Shown here: positions 17,895-27,081 of the stretch, one piece after another
Position numbering within the stretch: the first letter of the stretch is position 1
How the letters are laid out: each line of letters begins with the position of its first letter
Position numbers and translations under genes: made by a program
Source of the DNA: Desulfotalea psychrophila LSv54
GTDB lineage: Bacteria > Desulfobacterota > Desulfobulbia > Desulfobulbales > Desulfocapsaceae
DNA length: 32,000 nt
NCBI RefSeq assembly: GCF_000025945.1
Contig: NC_006138.1
Coordinates: 1,380,001-1,412,000 of the forward strand
Direction: 5' to 3'
Notes under the pieces: model-generated
Seen by the model: only the letters and a program-made list of their open reading frames with translations
Databases searched by the model: none
Told to the model about the DNA's origin: nothing

Positions 17895-20003
17895 ATGTGG
17901 CTTAAATTTAATGGCAGGGTCCTTGCTGAGGCCATGGATTCCCGTAATCCTCTGTTGGCAAGGGTGTTCTTTTTTGCCGTGGTTGATTCGAATCTGGATG
18001 AGTTTTTTATGAAGCGCATTGGTCGGTTGAAGCAGCAGGTCAGCGCCGGGGTAAAGACCCTTAGTGTTGATGCTCTCCTGCCTCAGGAACAGATTGATGT
18101 CTGTACCCCACTTATCCAGGATATAATAAAGAGGCAGTATACTCTGGGGCGTGAACTTCAGGCGGGACTGGCCAGTGAAGGGATTGTTGTTGCCAGTTAT
18201 GCAGGGCTTCCTCGCGAACAACGTGCCTGGTTGGATAATTTTTTTATCGATCAGGTTTTTCCTCTCTTGACTCCTCAGGGAGTTGATCCCGCTCACCCTT
18301 TTCCTTTTATCTCTAACCTTTCCATAAATCTATTGATTAGTGTCCGTTATCCGGGCAGTGAACATGTCTATCGTAATCGGGTAAAGATGCCGGTCAATGA
18401 GGTGATCCCTCGTTTCGTTAGAGTTGGTAGTGATGATGTTTATATCCCCCTTGAGGATCTGGTCAGTAATAACCTGCAAATGCTTCTGCCCGGTATGGAG
18501 ATAGACAGTGTTGATGTCTTTCGCGTTACTAGAAATGCTATGACAGGGCCGAGTGGGGGGCAGGTAAATGATCTTTTGCATATGATTGAGTCTGCTCTGC
18601 GCGAGAGGAAATTTGCCGAGATTGTCCGTCTGGAAGTGGGGCGGGGGATCAGTTCTCTAAATCGGGGGATGCTTGCCGCTGAGCTGGGGATTGACGAGGA
18701 AAAAGATGTTGTTGAGTTGGATGATCTGCTGGGTAAGGGATCACTGATGGAAATTGCTAAAATAGATAGAGATCAGCTTCATTTTTCTCCGCATCATTTG
18801 GTTAATAACCCTGATCTCATAGAGGACGATCCAAATATTTTTCATGTACTGCGGGAGAAGAAGGCTGTTTTACTTCAGCATCCCTATGAATCGTTTGAAA
18901 CATCCGTTGAGCGTTTTCTGGATGAGGCGAGTCAGGATCCCAAGGTATTGGCCATAAAGATGACCCTCTATCGTACGGCAAATGACTCCAGAATTATTGA
19001 GTATTTAATAGAGGCATCGCAGAATGGTAAGCAGGTTGCGGTGGTGATGGAACTCAAGGCACGATTTGATGAGTCAGCCAATATTAGATGGGCGGGTTAT
19101 TTAGAGCAGGCAGGGATCCATGTGACCTATGGTGTTCTTGGGCTGAAGACACACTCTAAGGTGATCTTTGTGGTGCGTAAAGATTATGATGGGATTCGTC
19201 GTTATGCTCACATCGGTACGGGTAATTATCATTCGGGAACGGCAAGAGGCTACTGTGATCTTGGTTTGTTGACCTGCGATCCTGATATCGTCTCTGATCT
19301 TACCGAGTTTTTTAATTATCTGACCACGGGCTATACCCCTATCCGTCGTTATAAAAAGCTCCTGCCCTCCCCCCGGATTCTCAAGAAGGCATTGCTCTCA
19401 AAGATTAACAGAGAGATTGCCGTTCAGGAGAAGGGAGGCGTGGGGCTTATTCAGTTGAAAACCAACGCTCTGGAAGACCGTGACCTGACAGAGGCGCTCT
19501 ATAGGGCCTCGCAGGCAGGGGTGCATGTTGATCTCATTGTTCGGGATTCATGTCGTCTCCGCCCCGGAATTGAGGGGCTTTCTGAAAATGTTCGGGTGAT
19601 CTCTATTGTGGGGAGGTTTCTGGAGCATAGCCGACTTTTTTATTTTAGAAATAACGGCGCGGAAGAGTACTATATTGGCTCTGCAGATCTCATGACCAGG
19701 AATTTGGAGAGGCGGGTGGAGGCCTGTGTGCCCGTAGAACTTCCTCACCTTCAGGCGCAGTTGCGGGAGATTCTTGATCTACAGTTGGCTAATAGTAGGA
19801 ATGTCTGGGAGATGGACTCCGGGGGTAACTATCTGCAGAGGACAACCAAGGGCAAGAAAAAATCAGAGACGCTTTCTGTGCATCAGCTCTTGATTGATAG
19901 CGCGGAAAAACGGGACGCCGCAGGTAAGCTTAAGTTGGCCAAGAAGCGTAGCCAAAAACAGATAAAAATTAGATCCAGATCGTCCCCTTCTTCGGAGAGG
20001 TGA
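17895..20003 (+). CDS. ppk: Polyphosphate kinase 1 (N-terminal boundary uncertain; coding likely begins at 17802 with a frame break near 17861)
   Basis: RNPLLARVFFFAVVDSNLDEFFMKRIG, DPKVLAIKMTLYRTANDSRIIEYLIEASQNGKQVAVVMELKARFDE, HVTYGVLGLKTHSKVIFVVR, GTGNYHSGTA, SADLMTRNLERRVEACVP. Confidence 0.95.
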   Translation: MWLKFNGRVLAEAMDSRNPLLARVFFFAVVDSNLDEFFMKRIGRLKQQVSAGVKTLSVDALLPQEQIDVCTPLIQDIIKRQYTLGRELQAGLASEGIVVASYAGLPREQRAWLDNFFIDQVFPLLTPQGVDPAHPFPFISNLSINLLISVRYPGSEHVYRNRVKMPVNEVIPRFVRVGSDDVYIPLEDLVSNNLQMLLPGMEIDSVDVFRVTRNAMTGPSGGQVNDLLHMIESALRERKFAEIVRLEVGRGISSLNRGMLAAELGIDEEKDVVELDDLLGKGSLMEIAKIDRDQLHFSPHHLVNNPDLIEDDPNIFHVLREKKAVLLQHPYESFETSVERFLDEASQDPKVLAIKMTLYRTANDSRIIEYLIEASQNGKQVAVVMELKARFDESANIRWAGYLEQAGIHVTYGVLGLKTHSKVIFVVRKDYDGIRRYAHIGTGNYHSGTARGYCDLGLLTCDPDIVSDLTEFFNYLTTGYTPIRRYKKLLPSPRILKKALLSKINREIAVQEKGGVGLIQLKTNALEDRDLTEALYRASQAGVHVDLIVRDSCRLRPGIEGLSENVRVISIVGRFLEHSRLFYFRNNGAEEYYIGSADLMTRNLERRVEACVPVELPHLQAQLREILDLQLANSRNVWEMDSGGNYLQRTTKGKKKSETLSVHQLLIDSAEKRDAAGKLKLAKKRSQKQIKIRSRSSPSSER

Positions 20004-20031
20004 TGGGCGGTCTCATTGTTGTGGTAAAAAG

Positions 20032-20066
20032 AGCTCAATCCTGTACATCAGGGTTGGGCTTTTTTT
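20032..20066 (+). terminator. Intrinsic terminator of ppk1
   Basis: AGCTCAATCCTG / CAGGGTTGGGCT stem (12 pairs including G-T), 5-nt loop, followed by a T tract. Confidence 0.85.
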
Positions 20067-20088
20067 ATGAGACTACTGTTGTCTGTTT

Positions 20089-21186
20089 TTAGGAGATCTC
20101 TTCGCCAATGCCAAAGAGAAGTTGGTATAAAAAAACTGAATAGGCTAGGACGGCTACGATGGCGACCGGAGCAAAGAAATATCCTAAGGGGCAGAGTATG
20201 ACCACGGTGATCCAGTGAAGGGCTATGGTGGGTTTTGTTTGAAGTTGCAGGGGAAACTCTCTATGGCGTGCTGCTACGGCAAGTCCACTGAGGTTCCAGC
20301 CGTAGAGAGCCATGAAGGCATGCATGCGCAGTAGTGGCAGGCTATTTTCCGGGTTATAGAGTGGCGAAAATTCCAGGAGGATATAGATGATGCCGGTAAT
20401 TGAGGTGCAGAGAAGAAAGAGGATGCCCGAGAGGAGAAAGTTTTTTTGCTGGGAGGGAATACCGAGGGATATATAGAGAAAAAAAACCAGACCTACCGTG
20501 ATAAAGAGGGTGGAGGCGATGATCACCTGGGGAATAAAGAGGCCGGCCAGAATAAAGATAAAAAAGATAATGACTCCCAGGTTGATTATCCAGAAGGAGA
20601 TCTCCTTAAGTGTTCTGGCAAATGATGTTCTGGCCTTTTGCATCAGAGAGAAAATAACAGACATGCTTATGAGGGAGAGGGGAAAGGAAAATCCGAGGAA
20701 GAAGGTATCAAGGGTCAGTTTTGGGATGGTGAAATAGTGGAGGTAGATGGCGTTGAGAATAACAAGAGAGGATATGATGAGGGCCAGGGAGAGACAGAGC
20801 AGGGCAGCTTGGTGAAATTTTTTGGCAACGGGCTCACTGCTGCGCAGCATTTCTACAGGGATGCAGTGGCCGAGGTGTAACACCCGTACCCGTTCGGTGA
20901 TAACGGCAAGTCCCAGTGGCAGGAAAAGTGTTGGTGGATACCATTCCAAGAAGGCTGTAAGGGCAAAGAGAAGGGAGCCAAGGCAGTAGAGTTTGCCGTG
21001 TGTTGAGAGTCGCTTTTGTCCCTCCGTGAAGTAGATGAGTAGGGTGCCGCCAACGCAGAGATTAAAGAGGAAGATGTGCAGTCTTTCAAAGTTGAGCACC
21101 TGGGGCGGGACAATATGGTGCATAAAACCACAGGCCAGGGCTGTAGTAAGGAGCAGGAGGAGTAAAAGCTTAAATCGTAGACTCAT
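20089..21186 (-). CDS. Polytopic membrane protein of unknown function (about 12 TM segments)
   Basis: 365 aa, mostly hydrophobic helices; overlaps the upstream epimerase ORF by 4 bp. Confidence 0.7.
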   Translation of the reverse strand: MSLRFKLLLLLLLTTALACGFMHHIVPPQVLNFERLHIFLFNLCVGGTLLIYFTEGQKRLSTHGKLYCLGSLLFALTAFLEWYPPTLFLPLGLAVITERVRVLHLGHCIPVEMLRSSEPVAKKFHQAALLCLSLALIISSLVILNAIYLHYFTIPKLTLDTFFLGFSFPLSLISMSVIFSLMQKARTSFARTLKEISFWIINLGVIIFFIFILAGLFIPQVIIASTLFITVGLVFFLYISLGIPSQQKNFLLSGILFLLCTSITGIIYILLEFSPLYNPENSLPLLRMHAFMALYGWNLSGLAVAARHREFPLQLQTKPTIALHWITVVILCPLGYFFAPVAIVAVLAYSVFLYQLLFGIGEEIS

Positions 21187-22565
21187 CTGTACCGTCCCAG
21201 TTGAATTTTCAAACTCTTTTTGAGTTCAGGGTATTGAAAGCAAAATCCTGACTCTACCAGTTTCTTACTTGATACATGGCAATTTGCCAGGGCAATCTCT
21301 CTGGCCATCTCGCCGTACAAAAACGTGAGAAAGCTGGCGGGCACCCTGGGGAGAAGGGGGCGTTTTTTTATTTGGGCAATGGTGGCAAGTAGCTCCTCAT
21401 TTCTCACCGGCTGTGGGGAAACGATATTTATCGGTCCTCTGATCTCCGGGCAGACAAGGCAGTGGAGGATTGCCGCTAGCATATCGTTGATGTCTATCCA
21501 ACTGGTGTACTGGCGGCCGTTACCAAAGCTTCTTGGTAGGGCTATTTTGCCGATTTGCAAGAGCCTTTTGAGGGCACCGCCGCGGTGGCTCAGGGTCACT
21601 CCCATTCGTAACATGGCCGTGCGGATGCCGGTGATCTCTGCCTGAGCGGCCTCTTTCTCCCAGACCTTGCATACCTGGGAGATAAAATCTGAGCCGGCCT
21701 CTTGTTCTTCCGAGAGGTTTTGCTCGGGACTGTCACCATAGTAGCCCGTGGCCGAGGCAGAGAGGAATACCTGTGGCGGCCGTGGGAGTTTGGCCATAGC
21801 TGCACAGAGTAAGCGGGTGCCATTTTTTCTGCTCCTGAGGACCCTCTCTTTTTTTCCCCTGCTCCAGCGGCTCAGACCAATTTGTTCGCCAGCAAGATGG
21901 ATAATGGCATCTATTTCTGGAATGGCATTGCTGTCAATTTCTCCCAGGGCAGGGTTCCAGTAGATCTCCTTGTCTCCCTCTACTCCTCTTCTTACAAGTC
22001 TGAATACCCGGTGTCCGCCACTCTCCAGAAAGGGTACCAGCTCGCGCCCTAGTGTTCCGCTAGCTCCGCTGATGAGGATGCGTAGAGGTGGCCAGCTATA
22101 CCTTTGGTGTCTTGCCAGGTCGTGTCGAAGAATTTCATGGCGGTAGGTGAAGGTTCTTGTCAGCTCTTTTTTTACCGCCCCATGGACAAATGAGGGGAGG
22201 AATTCATGGACGGGCAGGCGGTACTGCACCAGGTCTTCCATGCTGGCGCCGTTTTCCTCATTTTGAAAGAGGTGTCTGTGCTGCCAGAGGGAAAAGGGTC
22301 CCTCCGTCTGTCTATCCTCAAACATTTTCCCTGGTATGGCCTGCAGATGCTCTGCTTTGACGGTAAAGGCTATGGAGGCTATGCGCATGCGTATGGTGGT
22401 CTTGCCTCCCCTGCCTAAGCCTCCACTTCGTTCGAGTACCTGTGCCTCCTGCCAGGGGGGGATGAGGCGTTCAAGCGCTCCCGGTCTGGCATGCCAGGCA
22501 TATATATATTGAGCATCCACGGGGTAGATAGATTTTTTTTGTAGTTTATTTCGTTTGTCTGTCAT
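21183..22565 (-). CDS. TIGR01777-type NAD-dependent epimerase fused to an N-terminal SRPBCC-like domain
   Basis: RILISGASGTLGRELVPFLESGGHRVFRLVRR, IDAIIHLAGEQIG-RWS-KK, SASATGYYGD, RMGVTLSHRGGALKRLL; about 150-aa N-terminal extension with HLFQNEENGASMEDLVQYRLP. Confidence 0.88.
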   Translation of the reverse strand: MTDKRNKLQKKSIYPVDAQYIYAWHARPGALERLIPPWQEAQVLERSGGLGRGGKTTIRMRIASIAFTVKAEHLQAIPGKMFEDRQTEGPFSLWQHRHLFQNEENGASMEDLVQYRLPVHEFLPSFVHGAVKKELTRTFTYRHEILRHDLARHQRYSWPPLRILISGASGTLGRELVPFLESGGHRVFRLVRRGVEGDKEIYWNPALGEIDSNAIPEIDAIIHLAGEQIGLSRWSRGKKERVLRSRKNGTRLLCAAMAKLPRPPQVFLSASATGYYGDSPEQNLSEEQEAGSDFISQVCKVWEKEAAQAEITGIRTAMLRMGVTLSHRGGALKRLLQIGKIALPRSFGNGRQYTSWIDINDMLAAILHCLVCPEIRGPINIVSPQPVRNEELLATIAQIKKRPLLPRVPASFLTFLYGEMAREIALANCHVSSKKLVESGFCFQYPELKKSLKIQLGRYR

Positions 22566-22750
22566 TTTTTTTGTCTGTTTTGGATGGTGAGTTCCTAACT
22601 TATTGTATATTACCTGTACAGGGGAGGAGTAACTAACAAAAAAAAGAGTTTATTGGTGAAAGATTATTTGCCCCGTGTATTATAAAGACAGAGAAATATA
22701 CTATGTTCTTCTTTGCTAATATTTATTTCAGTTTTATTGAAGAGGGAAAA

Positions 22751-24799
22751 ATGACTGCGATTGTGAGTGTGAGAGCCCGTTTTTTTACGGGTAGTATAGG
22801 TGCCGTTGCTGTTTTTCTCATCGCCTTCTTGTCTTTTTATTATGATAGCGTTCAGAAAAATGTGGCCGAAATAAATGCTCATGCCTCCGTTATTGCCAAT
22901 GAGGTTTGGGCCGTTGATCGTGGTGGTGTAGGTGGCTATCTTGCTTTGATCAGTCGTCTTGACTCCTATCGATCTATTTCCGTTGTGGGACCCGATGGTA
23001 TCGTGTTCGCGTCGGCAACGGGTCAGCCACTGAGTCACTGGGCAGAGATACTTTTTGCCTCTCATCTCCTTCTTGTTAAAGAGATGAGGACAGAAATTCT
23101 TCATCAGGGAGTACCTATTGGCACTCTGGTGGCCGAAAAATATATTCGTATTTTAGGACCAGGTTTTCTTATTTTTCTTTTTTCCCTTATCCTGGCAACC
23201 ATCTTTGTCTTTGCACATGATTTGGTTGTGACCAGACGTTTTCTGCAAAAGCGGCTGTTCTTTAAGATGGAGAAGCTCGATGAGAGCGAACGCCGTTTTG
23301 AGGAGTTGGTTAATTCTTTGCCGGAAATGGTTTTGGAAACGGATTTGGCAGGCCATATTATCTACTGTAATTATATTGCCGAGAGCAGGTTCGGTCTTGC
23401 TGGTCGTGATAAAGCCTTGTACTTTGGCCTCTTTATAGAGGAGCAAAGAGAGCAGCTTGAGGAGCGTTTTCGGTTAGCTCTTCGTGGTCAGGATATTGGC
23501 CTGCGTAAGTTGCAGGCCAAGGATTGTGATGGCAGAGTCTTTCCCCTGTTGGTGCGTTGTTCTCCTTGTTATCGAGAAGGTGTTGCCGTGGGCATGCGGG
23601 TCTTAGGTATAGACATAAGTGAAAGAGTAGCCCTGCGAAGGCGGATCGAGCATGGACGTCGTATGGAAGAGTTGGGTCTGATGACGGGAGGTGCTGCCCA
23701 TGAGCTTAAGAATATACTCTCGGGAGTGGTGGGCTATTCTGATCTACTCTTAATTGAACTGGCAAGCGATGCAAAAGAGCGTAGTGTGGTGGCTGCGATC
23801 AAAACAGCAGGCTTGCAGGCAGCAAATCTTGTCTCTGATCTTCTCACCGTGGTTCGGGGCGGAGGTGGTTTGTTTCGACAAAACAGGGATATAAATATTA
23901 TCTTGGGGGAGTATTTCTCTTCTGCTGAATGTCTGCGACTACGCGATGGAAATTCTCACGTCCATTATAGTTTGCAACTTGCCCGTGAGCCACTCTGGAT
24001 ATCTTGCTCAGAGGAGCATATTCTTAAAATTGTGATGAATTTACTGGTGAATGCCACCGAAGCAATTGAAGGTACTGGTGCTGTGCAGATAAAGACCTCT
24101 ATCGAGGAGTGTACCCAACCATTTTTCTGTCAAAATATGTCTATGGCGGAGGGGACCTATGTTTGTCTGCAGGTGCAGGATGATGGTATTTTGGATGAGT
24201 CTCGCAGGCATATTTTTGAGCCCTTCTATAGCAAGAGGGTGCAGGGAAAAAATGGTACGGGGCTAGGTATGGCCCTTGTCTGGAGTGTTGTTGCTGATCA
24301 TGATGCGGGTATTCGTATCAGCCGGGCCGATTTAGGTGGCAAAATAGAGGTCTTTTTCCCATTAGTAGTGGCAGGGACAGGGGATACTTCTCTGATTATG
24401 GGCACCGATGCTGAACCATCTTGTGGAAATGGTGAGGTGATTTTGGTGGTGGATGATGAGATAGGGCAGTGTGAGTTGGCGATGAAGATGCTTTCATTTC
24501 TTAACTACTCTGTGCACTGTGCGACTTCCTCTGAGCAGGCTTTGTCCTGTCTTGACAGGCATAGGGTGGACCTGTTGTTGCTCGATATGGGCCCGGGAAT
24601 AGATGGCAGGGAAATCTGCGCCAGGGTCTTTGCCAATAGTCCTGAGCAGAAAACTATTATTACCACTGGCCATGGGGGCATAGACGATATGGAGGATCTT
24701 CAGGGATTGGAAATCAGTGGGGTAGTGGGAAAACCCTACAGTGTTGGTAATATGGCCTCGGTTGTCTCTGCGGCCCTGGCCTCTTGTCGCAATGAGTGA
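22751..24799 (+). CDS. Hybrid sensor histidine kinase (TM, PAS, HisKA, HATPase, C-terminal receiver)
   Basis: GGAAHELKNILSGVVGYSDLL (H box), MNLLVNATEAIEGTG (N box), GKNGTGLGMALVWSVV (G box), receiver ILVVDDEIGQC...VDLLLLDMGPGIDG...GVVGKPY. ATG at 22751 preferred over the track start at 22703. Confidence 0.92.
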   Translation: MTAIVSVRARFFTGSIGAVAVFLIAFLSFYYDSVQKNVAEINAHASVIANEVWAVDRGGVGGYLALISRLDSYRSISVVGPDGIVFASATGQPLSHWAEILFASHLLLVKEMRTEILHQGVPIGTLVAEKYIRILGPGFLIFLFSLILATIFVFAHDLVVTRRFLQKRLFFKMEKLDESERRFEELVNSLPEMVLETDLAGHIIYCNYIAESRFGLAGRDKALYFGLFIEEQREQLEERFRLALRGQDIGLRKLQAKDCDGRVFPLLVRCSPCYREGVAVGMRVLGIDISERVALRRRIEHGRRMEELGLMTGGAAHELKNILSGVVGYSDLLLIELASDAKERSVVAAIKTAGLQAANLVSDLLTVVRGGGGLFRQNRDINIILGEYFSSAECLRLRDGNSHVHYSLQLAREPLWISCSEEHILKIVMNLLVNATEAIEGTGAVQIKTSIEECTQPFFCQNMSMAEGTYVCLQVQDDGILDESRRHIFEPFYSKRVQGKNGTGLGMALVWSVVADHDAGIRISRADLGGKIEVFFPLVVAGTGDTSLIMGTDAEPSCGNGEVILVVDDEIGQCELAMKMLSFLNYSVHCATSSEQALSCLDRHRVDLLLLDMGPGIDGREICARVFANSPEQKTIITTGHGGIDDMEDLQGLEISGVVGKPYSVGNMASVVSAALASCRNE

Positions 24800-24821
24800 A
24801 AATGGTACCTAGAGGGTGATA

Positions 24822-25686
24822 TTGGATAAAAAAATAAGAGGTTTTTTTTTCAGCCTGTGTATTTGCCTGCTTGTTAATCATTCCAGAGATTCAGGCCAGA
24901 CAGTCGCTTACCTGGCTGGCAGCGGATGCTCCGCCCATGTGTATTTGCAGGGGCGCCTATCGTGGTCAGGGCTATCTGGACCTTATTCAGGGACAGATAA
25001 CAGAAAAGTTATCCTCCTACGATGTTGATAAAAATAGCGCGAATATATCCAGACACTATGAGCTTTGGAAGGATGGGGCGGAGGTCTGCTCAATAGGGTA
25101 TAAGACGGCAGACCGACAGAAGATAGCCTATTACTCTCAGCCCATCCTTCGTACCTTACCTGCTGTTTTGGTGGTTAGCAGGGATAAGGCAGCGCTTTTC
25201 TCGGGTCTGCAGGTGATTAGTTTAAAGAAGCTTTTGCAGAGGGGAGATATTGTCCTTGGTCGCAGTCATGGTCGCTCCTACGGTGGTCCTCTTGATAAAA
25301 TTTTTAATCAGTATGGTACCAAAAAGAATATTTTTAATTATGAGGGTGATGGCATTAGTCGCAATTTCTTTGAAATGCTGGCCTTAAATCGCATTGATGC
25401 GATTGTCTGTCAGCCCAGTGAGCTTATCTATTTGACCAAGAGGCTTGGCTTAAGCGGTCAATTTTTAACCTTTGATATTGAGGAAAATCGTGGGACTGTA
25501 GAGGCGAATTCTGTCTATGTGATATGTAGTAAAACGGATTGGGGGAAGAGGGTGATCTCCCGAGTTGACAAGCTGGTGGCTGATCCGCAAATAAAGCTAC
25601 ATTTTCATTATGCCTATGAGTATTGGCTCAATAGCAAATATCTTGAGCTTTACTCTGGCAATGCGGCGAAAACCTATGCCCATTGA
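24822..25686 (+). CDS. Periplasmic solute-binding protein (SBP_bac_3-like); N-terminus in another frame, possible frameshift at a T9 tract
   Basis: The 24871..25686 ORF lacks a signal-peptide N-terminus; removing one T from the T9 tract (24842-24850) joins it to TTG at 24822 giving MDKKIRGFFSACVFACLLIIPEIQARQSLTWLAADAPP. Confidence 0.7.
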
Positions 25687-25876
25687 AAAAAAGCAACTTT
25701 TTGGGACATCATCTTAAGTGCGGATAGTAGTGGCGAACTGTCTAATTGCGTGACAGAGTAATATTTTGCTCTAGAGTTTTTATTTTTTCCCTAGACGGTA
25801 AACAATTTGTTGAATCTTTTAAAATTCAGTATATAGAGGTCTTGATTGTTTATAGTTAAATTAAAAGGGGTAAAAT

Positions 25877-26347
25877 ATGCATCTTGATAAGACAGATAGA
25901 AAAATACTGAATATTCTTCAGGGAAACGGTCGTATCCGAAATTCTAAGTTGGCTGCAGAAATTGGTATCTCCCCTCCCGCCATGCTTGAACGGGTAAAGA
26001 GACTAGAGTTGTCCGGTATTATTACTGGTTTTACTGCTCAGGTAGATCGGGATAAGGTGGGATACGGGCTTCTTGCAATTATTATTGTCTCTGTCAATCT
26101 TCACCAGGTTTCCTCACTTACAGCGGTTAAAGAGAAACTGAAGGCTCTTGATTATGTTTTAGAGTGTTATCAGCTGACGGGTGATGTCGATTTTATGCTG
26201 AAGGTTGCTGTAAAGGATATGCAGACCTATACCACATTTGTTAACACCCAACTATCTGATATCCCTGGTATTCAAAATGTGAAGACATCTTTTGTCCTTG
26301 AGACGCTTAAATCAAATAATGCAATTACACTTGCAATAGATGAGTAA
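25877..26347 (+). CDS. Lrp/AsnC family transcriptional regulator
   Basis: LDKTDRKILNILQGNGRIRNSKLAAEIGISPPAMLERVKRLELSGIITGFTA HTH, then RAM/AsnC effector domain (CYQLTGDVDFMLKVAVKDMQTY). Confidence 0.95.
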   Translation: MHLDKTDRKILNILQGNGRIRNSKLAAEIGISPPAMLERVKRLELSGIITGFTAQVDRDKVGYGLLAIIIVSVNLHQVSSLTAVKEKLKALDYVLECYQLTGDVDFMLKVAVKDMQTYTTFVNTQLSDIPGIQNVKTSFVLETLKSNNAITLAIDE

Positions 26348-26370
26348 AAGAAAAATTTGTAGGAGAAGGT

Positions 26371-26967
26371 ATGAAAATTGTAGGTGTTGCGGGTAGTCCT
26401 CGTCATGATAAATCTTCGAAATTTTTGCTTGAGCGTTGTTTGCAGAGCGTACGTTCTGTGGCTGCCGATCAGCAAGAGCAGATAGAAACAGAACTTATTG
26501 ATCTTGCCGGGATGGAATTTTCTGGCTGTATTTCCTGTAATTTATGTAAAAAGGGATTGCAGTGTAGTTTGCAGGATGATTTTCAACCACTCTTAGAAAA
26601 ACTTGCCGCTCCTGATATTGCCGGGATTATTTTGGCAACGCCTGTTTATATGGGCTCTATGACGGCACAGATGAAGGCCTTTATTGATCGTACCGTTGCC
26701 CATCGTCGTAATGGCTTTCTCTTTCGAGATAAGGTGGGTGCAGCCATTGCCGTTGGCGGTTCTCGTAATGGTGGCCAAGAGCTCACCATTCAGGCTGTGC
26801 ATGCGGCGATGATGATTCATGATATGGTCATTGTCGGTGATGGCGGACATTTTGGCGGAATTGCCTGGGGAAATCATCCGGGTGGTTACGCTGAGGATAA
26901 TGTTGGTATTGCCACCGCAGAAAAATTAGGGGAGAGGGTTGCCCATCTTGCCCTTCGTTTGTCCTAG
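26371..26967 (+). CDS. NAD(P)H-dependent FMN reductase / iron-sulfur flavoprotein-like protein
   Basis: MKIVGVAGSPRHDKSSKFLLE phosphate-binding start, CISCNLCKKGLQC cysteine motif, ATPVYMGSMTAQMKAFIDRT, DKVGAAIAVGGSRNGGQE. Confidence 0.88.
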   Translation: MKIVGVAGSPRHDKSSKFLLERCLQSVRSVAADQQEQIETELIDLAGMEFSGCISCNLCKKGLQCSLQDDFQPLLEKLAAPDIAGIILATPVYMGSMTAQMKAFIDRTVAHRRNGFLFRDKVGAAIAVGGSRNGGQELTIQAVHAAMMIHDMVIVGDGGHFGGIAWGNHPGGYAEDNVGIATAEKLGERVAHLALRLS

Positions 26968-27081
26968 GAGGGATGGGGGCGCTGTTTTTCTTTGCTTATC
27001 TGTAGGCCTTACATGATTTTTTATAGTATCCTTTTATTAATGCCTTTGTTTAACCTTTACTTTTAATAAAAGAGGATGATT

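Noticed and set aside
22664-23104. 146-aa minus-strand ORF
   Set aside because: Antisense to the kinase N-terminus, biased composition, no domain recognised.
24816-25028. Independent 70-aa ORF
   Set aside because: Only its first codons look meaningful (start of a signal peptide); the rest overlaps the solute-binding protein in the wrong frame.
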